Origin: an uncultured Bacteroidota bacterium
GTDB lineage: Bacteria > Bacteroidota > Rhodothermia > Rhodothermales > UBA10348
DNA length: 62,973 bases
Assembly: GCA_937877085.1 (NCBI GenBank)
Contig: CALEEY010000207.1
Coordinates: forward strand, 1-62,973
Direction of reading: 5' to 3'
Shown here: positions 57,649-62,973 of the stretch, piece after piece
Numbering within the stretch: the stretch's first letter is position 1
Layout of the letters: each line of letters starts with the position of its first letter
The notes under the pieces: model-generated
Told to the model about the DNA's origin: nothing
Databases searched by the model: none
What the model saw: the letters and a program-made list of their open reading frames with translations, nothing else
Made by a program: the position numbers and the translations under genes

Positions 57649-58349
57649 GCAAAACCGTTATGAAATCCCGCTATTTCCTTTTCTTGATCGTCTTCGGATG
57701 GGTTGGTTGCCAGCCCGAACCAAAGACGTTGTCCCTATTTAACGGTACCGATCTAACTGGATGGCATGTGGATGTGCCTGAAATGGACTCCGTTTCCACG
57801 GCCATCAACCCGTTTATTGTTCGAGATGGACATTTGGTAAGCTTAGGCACGCCGGAAGGGCACTTAATTACAGATGCCCTTTATTCAAATTATCGACTGG
57901 AAGTAACGTATCGTTTTACGGGGACCCCCGGCAATTGTGGAATTTTAGTACACGCTTCCACTCCACGGGCATTGTATGCCATGTTTCCAAAGTCGATTGA
58001 GGTTCAAATGATGACGGAAAACGCCGGCGACTTTTGGGTCATAGTCGAAGATATTTCGGTACCTGACATGATTGAGCGCCGCGGTCCCGAAGAAGAATGG
58101 GGCATTACCGAAGGCAAAAAACGGCGCATATTGAATCTGACTGATGGCTCAGAAAGCCCAGTCGGTGAATGGAACACCATGATTATTGAAGCGCTAGGCG
58201 GCCAAATCAAAGTGTGGGTTAACGGAGACCTCGTCAATCATGGCACGGGAGCAACTGCCCAATCTGGTCAAATTGCTGTTCAAGCGGAAGGATCTGAAGT
58301 TGAATTCTCCAATCTACTGATAACCCCAATTACGGCTCTTTCAGAGTAG
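57645..58349 (+). CDS. DUF1080 (3-keto-disaccharide hydrolase-like, concanavalin-type) protein
   Basis: ATG 57645-57647 overlaps the upstream TGA (ATGA). Has a signal/lipobox, [10 protein letters not shown], and C-terminal ..[17 protein letters not shown] typical of DUF1080. Confidence 0.65.
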   Translation: MSKTVMKSRYFLFLIVFGWVGCQPEPKTLSLFNGTDLTGWHVDVPEMDSVSTAINPFIVRDGHLVSLGTPEGHLITDALYSNYRLEVTYRFTGTPGNCGILVHASTPRALYAMFPKSIEVQMMTENAGDFWVIVEDISVPDMIERRGPEEEWGITEGKKRRILNLTDGSESPVGEWNTMIIEALGGQIKVWVNGDLVNHGTGATAQSGQIAVQAEGSEVEFSNLLITPITALSE

Positions 58350-58683
58350 TGGGATCCGTTGGTAACTCGGTTTCTGAGACCTGTTTAATTCCAAGCAACG
58401 CGGTAGCCCAATAATCTGAAAAAGGATGAAGCCATCGCTCATAAATGAGTCTTATCGGGACTGCGTTCAGCGAGTTAATTCGTTCGCGTCCGTTAGTGCG
58501 GGTTACAACTAGTCCAACCTCTCTAAGCACATCGACGTGTTTCATGACTGCGAACCTCGACATCTCAGGAAACTGATTGACAATTTCTCCCGTCAGTCGA
58601 GGATGTCCTTTCAGGTAGTCAAGAATTTGACGTCTGGTCGAATCGGAAAGTGCTTTGAAAATCGGATCAAGATCGTCTGCCAC
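58330..58683 (-). CDS. ArsR/SmtB-family HTH regulator
   Basis: IFKALSDSTRRQILDYL....T..EI.......S.FAVMKHVDVLREVGLV. I prefer the GTG at 58681-58683 (1 nt after the SRPBCC stop) over the TTG at 58722. Confidence 0.8.
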   Translation of the reverse strand: MADDLDPIFKALSDSTRRQILDYLKGHPRLTGEIVNQFPEMSRFAVMKHVDVLREVGLVVTRTNGRERINSLNAVPIRLIYERWLHPFSDYWATALLGIKQVSETELPTDPTTLKEP

Positions 58684-58684
58684 A

Positions 58685-59113
58685 TTATTCAGCGTCTTCT
58701 TTGATCCATTGAAGGTACTCAATCCAACCTTCTTTCAGTCCATCTACATAATTCGGATCGATTAGCCCAAAGCAACGATGGCGAAAATCTAGCTTGGTGC
58801 CACCTTCATGCGCTGAAATGCGCACAATTATGTGGTTTGTTGCCGGAAAGGACATAAATAACTGGCCGTAGAACTCAATCAAGTTCGGTTTCTTAATGCT
58901 TTGGACGTGTCCCCATAGATGGCCGTTATTACTTCCAAGATCTCTGTACCATCGACCACCGGGCCATAGCTCTAATTTCATGGGCATTGGTTGGTTCTCT
59001 GCGCCCGTATTGCCTTCGCCAAATCGATGCACTAAAGCATCAAACACTTTTTCCCGTGTGGCATTGATTTCTAGTACTTCATGTATGTCGAGCTGGGTAG
59101 GATTGGCTTCCAT
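58685..59113 (-). CDS. SRPBCC / AHSA1-like domain protein
   Basis: About 142 aa. Adjacency to ArsR is the common pairing for this family. Assigned by general resemblance (I.A.REKVFDAL....W). Confidence 0.65.
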   Translation of the reverse strand: MEANPTQLDIHEVLEINATREKVFDALVHRFGEGNTGAENQPMPMKLELWPGGRWYRDLGSNNGHLWGHVQSIKKPNLIEFYGQLFMSFPATNHIIVRISAHEGGTKLDFRHRCFGLIDPNYVDGLKEGWIEYLQWIKEDAE

Positions 59114-59332
59114 TTTTAGACTTATCTAAGGTTACTGTTCAGTATTGATTTTTATGTTACCTTTTAGTTACATAATAATCAAGTCTGCTCAAATTTATTC
59201 CAAATATCAGCTCCTTTGGACATCGATTCGAAATCTAACCTGTTCACAGGGTTGGGCTCAGGAACGGTCTCATGGAAATCTTAGAACCGCTTAAACTTGA
59301 ACCAACCAACGAGATTTTATTGAAAGGTCTCC

Positions 59333-61711
59333 CTAAATATCCACTTCCTTGCGTCGGATCAAGAACAAGCCTTCGCCGCGGCTGCTTACGGCAATGATTC
59401 CACTTTTAAAGTAGGGATAGTTACTCCAAGAGCCGCCAAACCCAGCCTCATCCTCGCCGAACGGAACCGTGTCAAAATTTCCGACGGCTACCGGATTTAG
59501 GGGATCAGAAATGTCCAAAATGCGAACGCCGGCTTGGTAATTTGATTGATACATATAGTTGCCGCGCACATACAGGTTGTGGTCGCTCGCCGCATTCTCG
59601 TGAAAGAACTCTTTCATCAATACTGGATCTTCAAGATCTCTAGTATCCCAAATAAGCGTCCGCGTGTGGTCCACAAGTCCGTTCATTTCGTCCAGTTCAT
59701 CGTTCATAAAGAAGTGGTTGTGATCTTCGGTTAGCCAACCCTGATGGGTGTAGGCTTGATTTGGATATGAAGTAGCAGCCAACGTGATCGTATTATTTTT
59801 ATCCGTAACGTCAGCAATTACAAACATATTGCCGCTGGAGTTTAGGCAGATTTCGTGGCCTTTGTAGTCCAGATCATCCCCGTGATAGATCACGCATTGG
59901 GAATCGTGCGTTCCCCCCGCCTTTTCGTTAGAAAAACAGCCAGCAAACGTTGGGTGGACCGGATCTTGGATATTGATGATGTGAAGCTGTCCCCCACACG
60001 TTTCGCCACCCGATCGATTTCCAACGGCATACGCAAAACCTGTTTCTTCGTTAATCACGATGTTGTGGGTGCTATTTGTACCCGAGTAGTGCGCCGTTTC
60101 TGGATATGTTATGGGCATATCGGCAGGGTTCGCGGTACGTAGCTGGGTTAGATCAAAGATTTGTAGCCCGTGAGCTTCCGCTCCGTCCGCGACCACGAAT
60201 GCGTGGTTTTTGTACACTTTTATGTCGCGCCAGCCACTACCAGGCGAGCTGGCTGTTTTTAACATCTCTCCTACCCAAACAGGGTGGCCTGGGTCGCTGA
60301 TATCTACAAAAGAAACCCCTTCCGTACGCCCAATAATAACCCATTCTTTTCCTGTTTCAGGGTCTTCCCATCCCCAAATGTCCGTCATACCCACCCCTCG
60401 ATCCTTGGACAAATCGCCCACATTCATGAAGGACACTAAATCCACGTTATCGCACGAAAACTCGCGTGACTTCCCGTCTTTACATTCGATTTTTTCTCCC
60501 GAATGGGACTCCAACTTGTCGAGTTCGCTCGCAAGCGTCCCGGTCATTTCCCAGTTTCCAATCGTCGATCTTTCAAATACGGTCGCGATACCTGCCTCAT
60601 AATCTGCACCGGGAGATCCGATGACCGCAATTTCCCCGCTTGCGGATAGTCCGGTCCCAAATCCCGGATTGGCCCGCTGGTTTGGGGATACAATTTTGGT
60701 AAATCCCTCTGTTCCAATGCGATAGGCAAAAGCCGCACCGCGGGCAGAAACAATAATGTTTTTTCCAGACGCAGCTACGCCCAATCCAAATCCTAAAATT
60801 GGAGACTCCCCTTCTGCTGGAGTGGGGGGTTCAATAATCCCTACTCTCCCGTACAGGCCCGATGGCTGCATTTCGTAGATAATGACGGCGCCTGTATTTT
60901 TGAAGTTAGGTGCCCCCACATAAACCTTTTCCTCGGAAACGGCCATCGAAGCGCCCAGGGAAGCACTTCCTTCCTCGCTCACGTTTAGGGACCCCATCTG
61001 CATCCATTGACCGTGATCCATGAACACGTAGACCTGGCCTTTTCCGTCGTTGGATCCAGGAGCTGCCACAAAAATGTTTGCGTCATTGGCTGCTATGGTC
61101 ACTGCAAAGCCATCGCCTTCTTGGGCTGTGAAAGCCGAAAAAACGTCCGTTTCAACCCATTGACCGTCACGACGTCCAAAAACATGCGCCAATCCCATTT
61201 TTGAAGTCGAATTATAGGAGGTAATCGCCACTTGCTCTCTAGCCATTGCAATATTGCCTGAACGATTTCCTGCTCTGGCGTAGGCTCCCCCGAACTCATA
61301 GCCCGGTTTGAGCTCTTTAGGTTCTATTTTGCCCGCATCTTTCCAATTTCCATTTCCGTCTTTTTCAAAAACGTAGGCCGCATTCATGCCCGGAGCTCCG
61401 ACGACAATCGTGTTTCCTTTTATAAATACCGTTCGCCCGAAATCGTCTCCAACTTTGCCATCAGGTGCGTGCAGGGTGGAGACCCCACTCCAGGACCCAT
61501 CTGTGTTTTTTCGATACACAAACGCGGCGCCAGCTGGTTCATCTCCTCGTGGCCAAGCAACGGAAGCCGTGCCTACAACGATTTCATCGCCGGAAGCAGA
61601 CACCGTACCGCCAAAGCCTAGTCCAGACATATTGGGGTTAAATGTCGTTTGGGACTGAGCCGAAACGGCCAAAAAGGATAAGAGACCAATGAATGAAAAA
61701 AAGCGAGACAT
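59333..61711 (-). CDS. Large secreted protein: N-terminal FG-GAP-like repeats plus a C-terminal LVIVD / choice-of-anchor-B-like beta-propeller
   Basis: Signal peptide. Repeated ..FG..V...G....VGAP.. units in the first ~400 aa. The C-terminal half has ..GV.FVDISDP..P, LQIFDL and VRILDISDPLNP repeats. Confidence 0.6.
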   Translation of the reverse strand: MSRFFSFIGLLSFLAVSAQSQTTFNPNMSGLGFGGTVSASGDEIVVGTASVAWPRGDEPAGAAFVYRKNTDGSWSGVSTLHAPDGKVGDDFGRTVFIKGNTIVVGAPGMNAAYVFEKDGNGNWKDAGKIEPKELKPGYEFGGAYARAGNRSGNIAMAREQVAITSYNSTSKMGLAHVFGRRDGQWVETDVFSAFTAQEGDGFAVTIAANDANIFVAAPGSNDGKGQVYVFMDHGQWMQMGSLNVSEEGSASLGASMAVSEEKVYVGAPNFKNTGAVIIYEMQPSGLYGRVGIIEPPTPAEGESPILGFGLGVAASGKNIIVSARGAAFAYRIGTEGFTKIVSPNQRANPGFGTGLSASGEIAVIGSPGADYEAGIATVFERSTIGNWEMTGTLASELDKLESHSGEKIECKDGKSREFSCDNVDLVSFMNVGDLSKDRGVGMTDIWGWEDPETGKEWVIIGRTEGVSFVDISDPGHPVWVGEMLKTASSPGSGWRDIKVYKNHAFVVADGAEAHGLQIFDLTQLRTANPADMPITYPETAHYSGTNSTHNIVINEETGFAYAVGNRSGGETCGGQLHIINIQDPVHPTFAGCFSNEKAGGTHDSQCVIYHGDDLDYKGHEICLNSSGNMFVIADVTDKNNTITLAATSYPNQAYTHQGWLTEDHNHFFMNDELDEMNGLVDHTRTLIWDTRDLEDPVLMKEFFHENAASDHNLYVRGNYMYQSNYQAGVRILDISDPLNPVAVGNFDTVPFGEDEAGFGGSWSNYPYFKSGIIAVSSRGEGLFLIRRKEVDI

Positions 61712-61779
61712 AGTATTTTTAGATTTTAGACTGGCTAACAGATGGCGTACTAAGCAAATGATAAACGGGAGGTATGGTT

Positions 61780-62673
61780 TTAATTGGTACGTACACCCCC
61801 CATCATCAGTTCGTCTTCAGGGGACCTCCATTCAAACGATTCGGCCATACCGTCTTTATCGAGCATAAACTCAAAAAGAGCGTCGTCGGTGTTTAAAAGC
61901 TCATCACCTTTGAAAAAGGCCATATAAAAGACTTGGTCTGTTTTCTGTAGAAAACGAACCGGCGATGCATCGGCCCCTTTACTCCAAACTATGCCAGCGG
62001 ACAATTCACCGTTGTCATATGTAAAGTTCAAGTCATAATCATAAGGCTCTTTATTCCATTCCGTTTCCAGCAACGTAGCTTTAAACGTATGCAAATAGGG
62101 TTTGGCCTGCTCTTTGGTCACTACTAAATCGATGCTTGGCGGCACTTTAATGTTCATGGTGACGAGCCGTGTATCAAAATGCATTTGCAAATCGGCACCA
62201 AAATTTTCTAGGCGGGGAAATTCAAACGTAAGCGTTTCTTTTGGAGTCGCCATGGTGTCTGGTGTAACCCAAAAAAAGTAACCGTCCTCTGGACGCTTGG
62301 GCTCTGGCCAATGGAATTGATCCCATTTGGGGTCCAAAATGACTTCCCAATCCCCTTTTTTATGAACCATCCACATAGAATACTTTCCAGCAGGAACGGG
62401 GACATCTTGAATTTTGATGTCTTTATCAAATTCAATGGTTGTTGCATCGTTAGCCCCTGGCGTCCAAATGTGACCCCAAAATATTTGGCCCCCAAAAAGC
62501 TTTTCTCTGTCCCGCAGGCGAGGACGAGCATAGTCGACCGTGATAGTCGTGCCATCAATAATTTGCGAAACAGTGCCGCGCGGGCTCATACTAACCTGAG
62601 CCGTACTCTCATTAAAGCAAAAGAGGCCTAAAAAGGCCATAAAGAACGCTAAACGCATACTTTCAATTCTCAT
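61780..62673 (-). CDS. DUF2911-like secreted protein
   Basis: Signal peptide. SPRGTVSQIIDGTTITVDYARPRLRDR..FG.....G.IWTPGANDATTIEF...I....VPAGKYS resembles DUF2911. Confidence 0.6.
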   Translation of the reverse strand: MRIESMRLAFFMAFLGLFCFNESTAQVSMSPRGTVSQIIDGTTITVDYARPRLRDREKLFGGQIFWGHIWTPGANDATTIEFDKDIKIQDVPVPAGKYSMWMVHKKGDWEVILDPKWDQFHWPEPKRPEDGYFFWVTPDTMATPKETLTFEFPRLENFGADLQMHFDTRLVTMNIKVPPSIDLVVTKEQAKPYLHTFKATLLETEWNKEPYDYDLNFTYDNGELSAGIVWSKGADASPVRFLQKTDQVFYMAFFKGDELLNTDDALFEFMLDKDGMAESFEWRSPEDELMMGGVRTN

Positions 62674-62686
62674 TTGTTAAATGCTA

Positions 62687-62973
62687 TCACCCAAAACGGG
62701 CGTCGATAGCGCGACGAATTTGATCAAGCGATTGCCCTTCTTTGTGCCTTCTGTAGGCCAATTTGGCCTCTCCTTGACAGATTGGGCACCCAATGCCGCG
62801 CCCACCTTCGTAATAGCAGGTTAGCAGAGACCGATACCCTTCTCTTGTATGACATCCACAGTAACATCCTATTCCATCGGCTATGTGAGGAATTTCGCGG
62901 ACCATATGGAATATTTCCTGGACGGGTTTACCATACTTGGCCACTTTTTCGTCGGACAGGACGAGTGCAGCAT
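62687..62973 (-). CDS. CYCGC-motif (PCYCGC-like) small protein, 5' end possibly beyond the window
   Basis: GCYCGCH and GCPICQGE motifs. The frame stays open to the window edge (..AALVLSDEKVAKYGKP..). The ORF-track start is a GTG at 62942-62944. Confidence 0.5.
   Translation of the reverse strand, partial: AALVLSDEKVAKYGKPVQEIFHMVREIPHIADGIGCYCGCHTREGYRSLLTCYYEGGRGIGCPICQGEAKLAYRRHKEGQSLDQIRRAIDARFG

Noticed and set aside
58330-58349. 20-nt overlap of the convergent 3' ends of the DUF1080 and ArsR genes.
   Set aside because: It is real in the sequence, but short convergent overlaps are common and imply nothing specific on their own.
58330-59113. A small two-gene cassette, considered as a toxin-antitoxin or defence module.
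   Set aside because: The sequences match the common ArsR-family regulator plus SRPBCC/AHSA1 pairing. No toxin-like motifs are present.

Overview
This is a chromosomal, mostly housekeeping window (about 50% GC). The gene content (T9SS C-terminal sorting domain, ECF sigma/anti-sigma/DUF4252 module, N-acyl-ornithine carbamoyltransferase-type argF') suggests a Bacteroidota/Rhodothermota/Balneolota-like bacterium. That taxon call is inference only.

Gene content, left to right:
- LemA, DUF4252, an anti-sigma factor and an ECF sigma factor.
- An S41 protease, an Fe-dependent alcohol dehydrogenase, a frameshifted Gly-repeat surface protein, a beta-CASP MBL hydrolase, transaldolase, an S8 protease and a DUF5916-like protein.
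- A 20-kb co-directional minus-strand block: ilvD-ilvB-ilvN-ilvC-leuB-leuA-leuC-leuD, a PadR-like regulator, then argG-X-argC-argD-argF'-argB-argE-argH.
- asnB, nth, uvrC, DUF2461, bcp, dnaA, a VOC protein, a hypothetical protein, mreB and tag.
- A more accessory stretch of secreted enzymes: ThuA-PQQ dehydrogenase, proline iminopeptidase, a T9SS HExxH protein, a PQQ dehydrogenase, a thioredoxin lipoprotein, an M28 peptidase, an S15 Xaa-Pro dipeptidyl peptidase, a sulfatase, a proline-racemase-family protein and DUF1080.
- ArsR/SRPBCC, an LVIVD/FG-GAP protein, DUF2911 and a PCYCGC protein.

I found no transposases, integrases, CRISPR arrays, tRNA or rRNA genes, or recognisable defence systems.

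Most interesting observations:
1. An uncharacterised P-loop protein is locked by ATGA overlaps inside an arginine operon that lacks any first-step N-acylglutamate synthase.
2. A candidate Arg-codon leader-peptide attenuator (RRRIR, a strong hairpin and a U7 terminator) lies upstream of argG.
3. Short degenerate tandem repeats recur at gene 3' ends. In several cases they reiterate the last 8-20 nt of the CDS including its stop codon (dnaA, VOC, leuD). In others they are absorbed into C-terminal tails (argF', ilvD).
4. Two clusters of DnaA-box-like sites flank the dnaA-mreB block.

All calls come from reading motifs by eye. No similarity search, RNA folding or statistical computation was run.
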